A DNA stretch of 64,000 nucleotides from assembly GCF_000143415.4 (NCBI RefSeq), contig NW_003314357.1, positions 517,795 through 581,794 on the forward strand, read 5' to 3'. Made by a program: the position numbers and the translations under genes. The notes below the pieces were generated by a model. That model made no database searches. It was not told the DNA's origin and saw only the letters and a list, made by a program, of their open reading frames with translations. The DNA comes from Selaginella moellendorffii (lineage: Eukaryota; Plantae; Lycopodiophyta). Positions 23,201 through 34,765 of the stretch are shown piece by piece (the stretch's first letter is position 1; each line of letters starts with the position of its first letter).

Positions 23201-25018
23201 ACATGGGTGAGCTCAGTCGCATGGGGCTTAGCTAATACTTCACATGAAATATTTCACACTCCCTCTACTCTTATAATGCAGGGCAATTGATCCAAAGTTG
23301 CAATGTACCTCCACAATCCTGTGTTCTTTTGGGCGCCAGAAAACACGCCTGCGGGACATGTGGTACCTCTCCAACAATTCACGAAGACTGCATTTTGGGC
23401 CCCAAAACATGCCCTGCAAAATGTGTGGCAAGAGAGCTGTTTGATGGAGAGAAGAGGACCAAGGTGCTAGTGTGGACTGTGGTTGTAGATATGAAGCAAC
23501 AGATAGCTTTCATCGACTTTGTGTCTCGTTTGGAGAGCTACATCCGTTGCTGACAAGAGGACGCAGCTGAGGAAGTGCTCACTCTCCCTTGCTGCAAACA
23601 GGAAGGCATGGAGGTGATGTGCAGGCTCTTGGTTTCATATGACTTGTGTGAACTGGGATGCTACCTGGTATTACTCGAATTGCAGAGCTGGAATGGAAGA
23701 AGAGATGGTATTAAATGAAGATATGGAAGTGAACCCTGAGTCTGATCCTGAAGAAAAAGAAGTGAGTTTGTAGAGTAGTATGTAGTGAGTTTTCTAAACA
23801 AGCATAAGTCAAACGAATTCAAACGAAGTCAGACAAAGAAAGACAAAGGTTACATTTTAGGGTTTGTTCTATTCCCTATCTTGAAGGATGAATTTCGCGG
23901 AGACGAGCCTTGTCTTTCTCGTTGCGGCGCTGCTCGGATCTGTGAGTGTCCGCGTCCTCTTCAACAAGGGGCCTTCCGCAAATCTGTAAGAAGATTTCTA
24001 GATTGGAATCTCTTGGCTAAAATCTCACTCACACTCCCACCTAGGTTACACATCACATTGGTGATTGTTGCTGCAATTTGCTGCTGGCTCTTGTGAGTTC
24101 TTCTTGCCTTTCTCTCTCTCTCTCTCTCTTTTTTTTTCTGGATTGGAATTCGAGTGGGAGCTTTGGTTCTTTTTTTTTTTCTAGGTGGGCTATTGTGTAC
24201 ATGGCACAAATGCATCCTCTGGTGAGACCGATTCTCAATTCTGAGGGCGAATGAAATATTTTTTTCTGGTTATGTGTATTGAATATTTGTAGAGAAATTG
24301 TTCTAATAACTCATCTTTTTTTAAGTCTTTTGTTTTAGCTTTACTTGTTTTCTTCCACCTGTATTCGACAATAGAAGAACACTCTAAAAGATATAAAGAG
24401 CATTACCTTGAGAGAAGAGAACACCAAACCCATCACCGCAGAGGATCAAGTAGCTTTAACCAACTTGCAAGGAAGAAACTCGACGAAGAGAGTCTTGTCT
24501 TCTAGATTGTCTAGATTGCAACTTTGCCACTGCGTACCTGCGAGATCCCTGGGTCGAGGAAAGGAAGGACGCGTTCGATCCTGTTAAGATCGTCTAAGAG
24601 CCGCTAAATTGCCAAAAGTCTTCTCCGCGCTCTATATTTCTTTCGCTGATCCAGCGACGAGCCCCCCCTGGATGTTTTATGCACATCCTTGGCCAGAAAA
24701 GAAGAGAGAATACTGCACGAAAGCGGTGGTGAGATCCTGGGAACAATCAAAAGCGACACAAAACAAAGCATCGGTCTTAGCAAACCTGTTCCTTGGAAGT
24801 ATCCGATTAATTTAATGGTGGTAGAGCTCATAGCGTTCGCTCGACTGTTCCTTGTGTAGCACCCGGCCAGCTGTGGCCCTTCGTATGTTGCACTATGCAC
24901 AAAGCGCTGTATTGACTTGGCTCTCACCTTCTGTTGCGATGGTGATGACGGCGAGGAGACGATGGAGATGATCATCAGCATCAGTCGTTGCAAGCGAGTG
25001 ATGAAGTTGCGAATGAAT

Positions 25019-26305
25019 ATGTCTTGGGTAACCAAAAGGCTGAGCTCCGGATGCTGCTACGCTGGAAGGAGTATGAAGTAAGTAAAGGGATTGATTGATT
25101 TTGTGCCGGCCAGCAGAATTCATACCTGTCTCAGGGACGACGACGAGAGCGCAAGGACGTGGAAGATTTTTAGCTTGAAGGAGCTGCAATTCGCCACGAA
25201 CAACTTCAGCTATGAGAATAAGCTCGGCGAGGGGGGCTTTGGGAGCGTCTTCTACGGCCAGCTTGGGGACAAATCTGAGGTGAAAAAAATAAAACTTTGA
25301 TTAGCAACAAAAGAAGAGCCTTGAGTCTCTTTCCCTACCTCATGTTTCCAGATCGCCGTCAAGAGGCTCAAAGTGATGAACACCACCAACGAGATGTCAT
25401 TCGCAGTGGAAGTTGAGACGTTGGGACGGCTGCATCACAAAAACCTGCTAAAGCTGCGTGGCTACTGCGCTGAGGGCGAGGAGAGATTGATCGTCTACGA
25501 CTATATGCCAAACCTGAGCCTTCTATCGCACCTCCACGGTCACTTCTCGTCGGACAAGCTCCTCGACTGGAGGAAGCGAGTGGAAATCGCCATCGGTTCT
25601 GCAGAAGGATTAGCGTAAGTTTCTTTCAAACCTCTTACAGCTTCATGCATACCTTTTTTTCTTCTCTCCTGTGGCTCTCTCAGGTACCTGCATCACACTG
25701 CCAATCCACATATCATACACCGAGATGTGAAAGCCAGCAACATACTCATCGACTCGAACTTCCAAGCTCAGGTTGCCGACTTCGGCTTCGCCAAGTTCAT
25801 CCCCGACGGCGTCACTCATCTCACCACCCGCGTCAAAGGCACGCTGGGATATCTGGCACCCGAGTACGCGATGTGGGGAAAAGTGTCGGAGAGCTGCGAC
25901 GTCTACAGCTTTGGTATCCTGCTGCTGGAGCTGGTGACAGGTAGAAAACCGATCGAGAAGATTGGTCCCGGCAAGAAGCGGAGCATCATCCAGTGGGCCG
26001 CACCGCTGGTGATGGAGCGAAGATTCGACGAGCTCGCGGATCCCAGGCTGGAGGGGAAGTATGACGGAGAAGAGCTGACGAGGATGATCCAGGTTGCCGC
26101 CTTGTGCGCACAGAACTTGCCAGAGCACCGGCCAACGATGCATGAGGTGGTAGCAATGCTTAAGTCGAGGTCGATTCCGGAAGAAGGAACCATCGAAGGC
26201 GATCTCCGGAAGCTGAGAATGGAGGAGAACGAGAACAAGCAGCAGCTGGTCAAGGAAGTCGACTCTGATTCCGAAGAAAAAGGTCCTCGTAGGCGAAGGA
26301 AGTAA
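25019..26305 (+). CDS. Receptor-like cytoplasmic Ser/Thr kinase (PTI1-like RLCK)
   Basis: First exon MSWVTKRLSSGCCYAGRSMK (di-Cys); GEGGFGSV, IAVKRL, HRDVKASN, DFG, GTLGYLAPEY and DVYSFG motifs. Confidence 0.93.
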
Positions 26306-26324
26306 GCCGGAACGTCAATGGTCG

Positions 26325-29102
26325 CTAGTGGTGACTTTGCCTGCACATGTCTTGTATCTGGACCAGTTCCTCAAGCATTCCAGCACCGGCATAGATGTTG
26401 GACATTAGCACATAAGCCGTCGCATTCTTCGCATCCAGTTTCATGAGTGACTCGAAAGCCAACCTCCCAGCATCCACGTTCTTCCACTTCTCAGCAGCGG
26501 CCAAAAGCACCATCCATATCACCACGTCTGCTTTGCCCGGCATGCTCTGGATCATGGTCACGGCCTCGTCCAGCTGGTTTGCCCGGCCCAACATATCCAC
26601 CATGCACGAGTAATGCTGCCGGCTTGGACTTATTCCAAACTTGTTAGAGCTCATTGCCTGGAAGTACTCCTTTCCCTTGTCCACAAGCCCCGCGTGGCTG
26701 CACGCGCTGAGAAGTGTGAGGAACGTAACATCGTCGGGTTGAACTCGATGCCGCTGCATGTCCTCGAACAGCTGAAAAACACGCTGCGTCTGTCCGATGG
26801 AGCTGTAGCCTGCCATCAGTGCAGCCCACGTAACTTGCGTCTTCGCAGAAACGGAGCTAAAAACCCGCTCGGCCTCGGGCATGCTCCCACACTTACAGTA
26901 AAAGTCGAGGAGAGAGTTCAGCACCATAGTGTCAGTGTCAAGTCCGGCACTACGAACGTCGGCTTCGATCTGCTTCCCTGTTTCCAGCGCCCCCAGCGCA
27001 CCACAAGCCTTGAAAGCACCTGTGAAAGTCACGGCGTCTGGCAAACACGAGTTTTTGTCGTCTCTCATCTTTGCATAAAGCTGTAGAGCAATCTCGGACT
27101 CTCCTGCCTGTGCATATCCCAGAATTATGCAGTTCCAAGAAACCACGCTCCTTTCCTGCATACTCTCGAACACCTGCCGAGCATCCCCCATACTTCCGCA
27201 CTTCGCGTACGTGTCCACCAGCGTGTTGAGCATTGCCGGATCCAGTATGTCCAGGCTCTCTGCAGCTCTCTTATGAATAGTCCTGCCTCGTTGTAAGCAC
27301 TCTTGCTTCACAGCTCTCCCATCGACGACCTTGGCTTCTTCTTGTTCAGCAGAGCTCGCGCAGGCCTTCAAAGCAGCAATAAAAGTGATGCGATCCGGAG
27401 GATGATCTTCGTCCCTCATGCACGAGAACATCTCAAGAGCCGCGTCTCCGTTGCCACACTTGGCAAAACCATGTATGAGACAGTTCCAGGAGACAACGTC
27501 GTGACGCCTCATAAACTGGAAAACTCGAAGAGCATCTTCCAAGCTGCCACATTTCGCGTACATGTCGATCAGAGTGTTCGCCACAGACTGGTTCATCTCC
27601 ACGCTAATTCTGGCAGCTTCAGCATGGATACTCTTGCCTTTCCAAATGCACTCCGTCCTGGCAACTGTTCCTGAAGCGAACGCTTTCTCAGCAACACCTG
27701 TGCATGCTTTGAGAGCAGCCAGAATTGTCACGAGGTTGGCTGCACAACCTTCGTCTTTCATACGAGCATAAAGCTCCAGTGCCACTTCGCATTCCCCGTT
27801 CTGAGCATACCCGAGAATGAGTACTGTCCATGAAACCACGGTATGCTGCTCCATTTTCTCAAAAACTTGACGAGCATCCACCATGCTCCCACACTTCGCA
27901 TAAGAATCAACAAGAGTATTCGCCAGGACAACGTCCACCAAACAGTTGCTAGCAGCTAGAGTGTGAATGGCTCTCACTCTGCGGAGGTTGACAAACATCC
28001 CATTTCTCTCTTCTCCTTCTGCCAAACAAGCGCAGGCCTTCAATGCTGCTACGAGTGTCACTGTATCCGCTTTGAAGCCTCTACTTTGCATAAGTTCGTA
28101 ATAATCTAGTGCCTGTTCACCCTGCCCGCTTTCGGCATAACCTTGAATAAGGCAGTTCCAGGAGACCACACTGTGATGCTGGATTTTGTCGAAAACCTGT
28201 TGAGCATCTGCCATGCTCCCACACTTCGAGTAAACATCGATCAGACTGTTCGCCACGAAAAGGTCCAGCTCGGCCTCGTTGCCAGTTACTTGAGGGTGTA
28301 AAGCTCTGACCCTTCCCAGGCACTTCACCTTGAGATGTTTGCCACCGAGTAGTTCATTGTCTTCTTTCTCTGCCAGACTAGCACACGCTTTCAGCGCAGC
28401 CAGGATGCTGACTCTGTTGCATTTGTGGCCCTCGTCTTGCATTCTTGAATAAAGCTTGAGAGCCAGTTCCCCTTCCCCAGAGTTTGCATATCCCTGGACA
28501 ATTGCAGTCCATGAAACTACGTCGCGGTGCTTCATGCTGTCGAACAGCTGCCGAGCCTCAGCCATGCTCCCGCACTTTGCATACATGTCAATCAAAGTGT
28601 TAGAGATGAATATGTTGGAGAGTTCACCACTGTCAACTACGTCCTTATGAATCTTCTTACCCGCTTGGAGATCTCGTGAGCTGCTACAGACCTTCAACGC
28701 AGCGAGGATTGACCCAGTAGCCGGCTTTACTCCATCGTCTAGCAATTTGAGATATGCCGCCAGCGAGTGCTTGCCAACTTCTTTCTTCCTCACCGAGCTT
28801 CCAACACATGATTTTCGAAACTGAACTTCACTGCACGATGTCTGAGTCAGAGTCGACAGTTTTGGTGCCACCCATTTGGGAGTCCGGGAATTGATCCAGA
28901 GACTAGCTCCGCTTGTTGCATGCTTGAAGTCTGGAAATCTCGGATTACTCTGGAAAAGGAAAAGAGACAGAAGATATCTATTCAGTACTTATGAGATAGA
29001 ACCAAGAATTACCTTCACAGTTCTATTGTCCCACCAGGAAGATGGGTCTTCAAAGAATAGCTGCCATAGCTGCTCCTCGGTATTGGCTTTCACCATTTGT
29101 GC
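26325..29102 (-). CDS. PLS-class PPR protein (E domain, no DYW) with an N-terminal OSB-type PDF motif; the true 5' end is uncertain
   Basis: 848-aa PPR ORF. The frame stays open to an acceptor at 28950, and exon 29102-29013 splices in phase 0 to give LWQLFFEDPSSWWDNRTVK|SNPRFPDFKHATSGASLW. Confidence 0.88.
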
Positions 29103-29421
29103 CTACAGTGGAAGTGAAGAACCATTCCAGACGGGCCCAAATTGTGCAAAGTAAAACCCAATGAATGAATAGCGAACCTTAATGAAACAATCTCAGCTTG
29201 AATTTCAAAAACGTTTAAGAGTCATCTTTGGACAAAATGACGCGATGGCTTACTCACCCCGGGAATCATCGAGGCTGCGCTGAGCCGAGTTCTAACAACA
29301 CACCGCGATCATGAGAGCCGAAAAAGTGAGAGATTTTTCAAAACGAGAAAAGAAATGAAAGATGAAAAGCAGCTATAGCCTCTCCAGCAATCAAGAACAA
29401 TTCGTCAAGGCAGCCGCACCA

Positions 29422-29902
29422 TCAGGTGTCATCAAGATCATCTAAGCAGGTAAAAAAAATTGCAATGTCATTTAGGGGCGCTGGAAACATCACTATGTGC
29501 CTTCATCATCTACACACACGAGCACACACACAAATACTTTGGCATGAACATAGAAGATTTGGAAAAAAATTCCACATACGAACTCCAATGCATGAATGCT
29601 CAGGAAAACAAGAAAAAAAGTTCACCATTTCACGTACCTTGAAACAACGCAAACGAAGTGAAATTCCCTCCAGCGCTCAATCTCGCGACCAGACGAGCTT
29701 GCGCGGTCGCATTGTGGAACGGGATGGAGAAATGCGCCGCGGAGGAGGCAGCAGCTCGAAATCTGCGAGACTGAGGCTATGGAATAGAAAACAACACGAA
29801 ATATCTACACCTTGTCACCGATCGAGACGCAATGTAGGATCTTGGAATGGAATCGGCAGTAGCTTTCCTCGCGGCCGAGGCGAGCGCTCTCCCCAGCGCC
29901 AT
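29422..29902 (-). CDS. NFD6: NFD6/NOXY2-like small mitochondrial protein (3 exons)
   Basis: Arg/Ala/Ser-rich presequence MALGRALASAARKA..., core SIPFHNATAQARLVARLS and an acidic terminal exon DDLDDT*. Splice phases are consistent. Confidence 0.72.
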
Positions 29903-30005
29903 CAAATCCTCCGCAAGAACCCTATCTAAAACCCTAGAAAGAAAAACGAGAACGTCGAGACTTTAAAATTTCAAACAAAAAAAGAGGCCACATTCTTTAG
30001 ATCGT

Positions 30006-30557
30006 CTAAGCTTGGGCTTTGGCGGCTTGCTTCTCCTTCGCCTTTTGGACCTTGAGGACCTTCTTCACGATCTTTTGCTCCTCCACCAAGAAAGCTCGCA
30101 TGATCCTGGAAGAACCAAAGTTTTTATTTTGAGAGATCCCATTGACAGATCGATCGATACTTTACCTCTCGCGCACTGCCGACGCGGACATGGATCCACC
30201 GTAGGCCCTGCTGATGGATTTCTTGTGCCTAGCAATGCGAGAGCGCTTATACTCCATCGGCCTTAGACGAGGAACCTAGCACAGATCAAAGAGCTAGCGC
30301 TAAGCAGCGAGAAAGCGAGAGAATCGAGATGCCTTACCCCGATGATGGGCTTCTTGGTGATCGCGCATCGCGGCCCCTTCGCCTTCTTCGTCGCGGTCTG
30401 GTAGACGAGACGCCCACCTGAGAGAAATCCGTGAGAATGCATCGATCGAGAACGAGAGAGAGGGGAGGAGAGACTTACCCGGCGTTCTCACGACCTTGGT
30501 CTGGTTGGATCTGGTCGCATAGCTGTGGCGCCTCCGGTAAGTCAGCCGCTGCGCCAT
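30006..30557 (-). CDS. RPL34: 60S ribosomal protein L34 (eL34)
   Basis: [27 protein letters not shown], then RAYGGS...[18 protein letters not shown] across short introns. Confidence 0.97.
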
Positions 30558-30693
30558 CGCTCTCTCGCCGCCTCGCCAAGAGAAATTAGGGCTTAGGGTT
30601 CTTGCTCAAAAGATCTCCGCCGTCCATTTTCTGGCTATGGCGTTTTTAGGGTTAGGGATTACGAGCGAGCGAAGCGCGCTTCGCCAGGGAAGT
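30558..30693. promoter_or_regulatory. Compact divergent promoter between RPL34 and PAM18 with telo-box-like motifs
   Basis: 136 bp between the two start codons, containing several TAGGG(T/C)TT motifs. Confidence 0.55.
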
Positions 30694-31130
30694 ATGGTGA
30701 GTGAATGGGATCGATCGATCAGCGTGCTGATGCCCCAATCTCGCAGGCTACGCCATTCATTGCTGGAGTTGCGATCGCCGCAGCTGCGATAGCTGGGAAG
30801 TATGGGGTTGAGGCATGGCACGCGTTCCGGACGCGACCGGCAGTGCCGCGATTGCGAAAATTCTACGAGGGCGGTTTCCAGCCGACGATGACGAGACGAG
30901 AAGCCGCGCTGATCCTTGGCGTGAGGTAAGGGTTTTTCCTCTCTCGATTCGAGTCCAAAGCTCTTGCGGACAGGGAAAGCGTCGCCCAGGAGAAGATCAA
31001 AGAGGCGCACAGGAAAGTGATGGTCGCGAATCATCCAGATGCTGGAGGGAGCGATTACCTCGCGACGAAGATCAACGAGGCCAAGGACGTGTTGCTCGGG
31101 CAGAGAAGGGGCAGTGGATCGGCATTCTAA
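30694..31130 (+). CDS. PAM18: Mitochondrial import motor J-protein PAM18/TIM14
   Basis: ATG-only first coding exon (ATG|gtgagt), then ATPFIAG..., [41 protein letters not shown]. Confidence 0.95.
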
Positions 31131-31289
31131 AGCTAGGTGTCTGTGTACAAAGATTTTTGCTAAAGATGAATAGTGACCGTTCGATCGGTGGGAATAAAGG
31201 AGAATAAACCTTGGAATTAAATGCTAGCCGTCCAATGAGAGTTTAGGGTTTATCACTCTGGTTTGATTTTAGGGCTCTTGGAGTGCGCG

Positions 31290-34200
31290 ATGGAGGTGAC
31301 TCCGCACGCCGATTTGCTGCTGCTGCAATCGCGAATGAAGGAGGATCCCGGTGGGTATGAGGCAGAGCTCGATTTGCAGCTGCGGCATTTCAAGGCGTGC
31401 TTGGGTGTTCTTGAGCTGGAGGCGCCGGATACTGGGAATGGGAGCGTTTCGTTTGCCGCTCTGGCGCCCGATCACGCGGCCGCCAAGGAGCTGGGCGATA
31501 TGGCGATGTTTCTAGCTCATGTTACGCCGTCGTATCCCAAGGAGCTGGCTGGATTTCCGCATCAGCTACTCAATTTACTCGAGAATGCTAGCAATCGTCT
31601 TCCATCGTCTTTGCGTTGTCACCTTGCGCAAGCTCTCATTCTTCTTCGCAATCGAGAGGTAAGGAAGTGAAAAAAATTTATACAAGGTCTTTAACCTTTC
31701 GTTTTTCTGCTAGAAAATTTCCCTCGTGGAAGTCTTGCCAGTGATGATAAAGCTTCAATCCTCAGGAGACAAAAATCTCAAAAAGTTTGTCTCCTCCCAC
31801 CTTTTGCAAAACATCTCTCGCATGAATCGCAAGCACAGGAACGAAGCCAAGAACAGGTCCTTGCAGAACATCATCTTTCCAGTAATCCAGGTATGCACTT
31901 TTCTACTTTCTTATTGCTTCGAGCGCTCACCGACATTAAAACGTTTAGGAAGACGATGAAGCTCGTGCAAAGCATGCTTTCGTCTTGACTTGCGAGCTCT
32001 ACAGGCGAAAGGTGTGGATTGATCCGCAAACTGCGAATGCAATCTGCAACGCTTGTTTCCACAAGTCTCCGAGGTGAGTTTAGCTCAAGTTTTCTTTAAG
32101 TTTAAGCTGCCATTTTGACACTGTTTTCGTAGAATTATGATAGCTACCTTGAAATTTCTGCATGGCTACGAAAATAAATACGATGAAGACAGCGACGAGT
32201 CCGATCAAGAAGATGACACACCCTCAGGAGCTGTTGGTGTGAGCAAGGAAGCCATATACAAGGTAAGGTTTGGCTGATTTATCACGCACTATTGAAATGT
32301 TCGATTTCGGTGAACTCTAGTCACAACACAAAGGCACGGTGTCGAGCAAGAAGAAGAAGCAAGCTAAGATAGAGAGGGCCATCCGTAGCTTGAAAAAACA
32401 GCAGCGGATAAAAGCGCAGGAGGAGAAAAAAGGAAGCTTTGCACCTCTCGAGCATCTGCGAGATCCACAGGTTAGTCCTGGTTTTTCACCTCGGTTCGGA
32501 AGTTGCTAAAATACTACGTATTGTGAAACAAGGAATTCGCGGAGAAGTTGTTTGCGCGCTTGCAAAACTGTAACGAGAAATTTCAGGTAAGAAAACCTTC
32601 TGGGATTCATAGATGGTGATATGTCTTTGTTTCTATAGGTGAAACTTATGATGATTATGGTTATTTCGCGATGCGTGGGGATGCATCAGCTTTTACTACT
32701 CAGTTTCTATCCTCATTTACAGCGCTATGTGTCGGTAAGTCTGCGGACTAGTTCCCTATTCCGATTTAATATTATAACTTGCCTGCAGCCTCACCAACAA
32801 GATGAAACTCAGCTGCTTGCGGCCGCAGTTCAGGCATGCCACGATAAGGTGAGCCGATACTCAAGCTTAGTTCCTTTCTGACACTTCGTTTTAGGTTCCA
32901 GTTGATGCAGTAGAACCATTGCTGAAGCAACTGGTGAACTCGTTTGTGCATGATCGCTCGCGGCCTGAGGTAAATTATCTTTCATGGTTTTTATGTTGCT
33001 GATGGACTAGCGCAGGTTATTGCCGTCGGTCTAAACACCGTTCGTGAGATTTGTGCTCGGATGCCACTGGTGAGATCATAAGTCTCATTCCTTTTCTCAC
33101 CGTTTTTTCTTTCGTGCAGATCATGACAAGAGACCTTCTTGAAGATCTTTCAATGTACAAAAAATCCCGAGAAAAAGCAGTATCTGCTGCTGCGAACTCC
33201 ATCATTGGACTCTATCGCCAGGTTAGTTAAGTGCCTGGGAGTCTTTACTAAAGACACAAATTTTTATTTGACAGGTTAATCCATCACTTTTAATGAAGAA
33301 GCACCGTGGTCGCGGCACTGATTTATCCGTGGAACCAAAGGCTTTTGGTAAAGTCGTTGTCCACACCGACGTACCGGGCGTAGAGCTTTTGGCGGAGCAA
33401 GAGGAGGACGAAAACAATAGTGGAGAGTGTGGAGACGAAGATGACGAAAGTGGAAGAGAAGAGGAAGAAGAAAGTAGCGAGGATGAGGGTGAAGGCAGTG
33501 GAGAAGAGCTAGAAGATGACAACGAAGAAAAAGACGAAGAAGATGACGAAGGCGAAGATGATGAAGACAGTGGAGATGACAACGAAGGGTCAGATGAAGA
33601 TGTGCTCGAGACTTTGGAAAAGGAACTGAAGAATGGCGAAACGAAACAGGTCGCAACGCTTAAGCGAAAGAAAATGGACGGCGAGGAATCAAACCTTGAC
33701 GACATGAGCTTGAGCCAACTTAAAAAGTTTGCGGGTAGCAAACTGGAGGATGACGAGGTCTCTGGCGATGGCATTTTATCAAACGAAGACTTCCGACGAA
33801 TTCGAGAGATTCAGGTACTTATCACCACTCGGTACCACTTTGACTTCACTTTTTCCTTTTTCCTTTCCTTTTTAGGCCAAGCGAGAAGCTGAAAATGCTC
33901 TCTCCAATCACGGGCTTAGGAAATCGCTTCGGAGTCACAAAACCAACGTCCGCTTGATCCTTCAAAACTAGAGGTAAGCTCTTCATTTCTTTCTTTCAGC
34001 ACGAAGCGCTCACTCTGTATTGCTTTACTTACAGGCAAACATACGGAGAAAGCAAAGCAAAGAAGAGAGAATTGCTTCGTCCAAGGCCGGAAGGGACGAC
34101 AGAGGCACCTATACTTCACGAGCAGCAGTAAAGAAACGAAAGGTATGTTTTTCTTTCGCTAGATCACTCGTTAGATTTTGTTTGTTTGGATTTAGACTGG

Positions 34201-34342
34201 AGGCTTGAGTAATCGCCAAAAGGAGAAGAAAAAGAACCTCCCAGTGGCTGCTCGGCGCATGAAATCCGCTCGAACTCGCGAGCATCGAAAATCCAAGGCT
34301 AGATTGACGAAGAACTTCCGTGGAAAGAAAGCATGGAAATAA
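31290..34342 (+). CDS. SDA1: SDA1 ribosome biogenesis protein (multi-exon)
   Basis: LQSRMKEDPGGYEAE, FLAHVTPSY, FVHDRSRPE, GLNTVREICARMP, an acidic tract and ILSNEDFRRI. Confidence 0.92.
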
Positions 34343-34439
34343 AGTATTCTTTGTTTATGTTAAAAGCACGCTACCAGATTAATTAAGCTGGTGCCAGTGG
34401 TTTCGGTTTCGATTCTGGCCAAAAATAAAGTCTTGGGTC

Positions 34440-34490
34440 CCACAACAATCGACCGTTGCCGCCCGTGCACGACAGCCGTTCGATTGCGAG
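34440..34490. promoter_or_regulatory. Two MSA-like (AACGG core) elements upstream of the kinesin-12 gene
   Basis: gaccgttg (about 34451) and gccgttcg (about 34475) contain the reverse complement of AACGG, typical of G2/M-phase plant genes. Confidence 0.4.
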
Positions 34491-34765
34491 CTTTTAAATC
34501 CAGCCGCGCGATCTGCGTTCGTGCAAAGGAACTAAAGCCCTAAACCTGCCCCATCCATGGAAATCTAGGCCCAGACGAAAAATGCCCGGACTCAGTCACT
34601 GGGGCATTTGTTGCAGCGTGCCAGGCGTCCGCGCTGCCGATTTAGGGTTCTTCGTGGCAGGCCAGGGTGCGGTCGATCGAGCGCCGGGGGTCTGTTTTGC
34701 GACAGCGGCAGCGCCTTGCGCGAGGTAGCAGTGAGTGTAGGGGTAGATTTTGCCAGGATTCAAGA

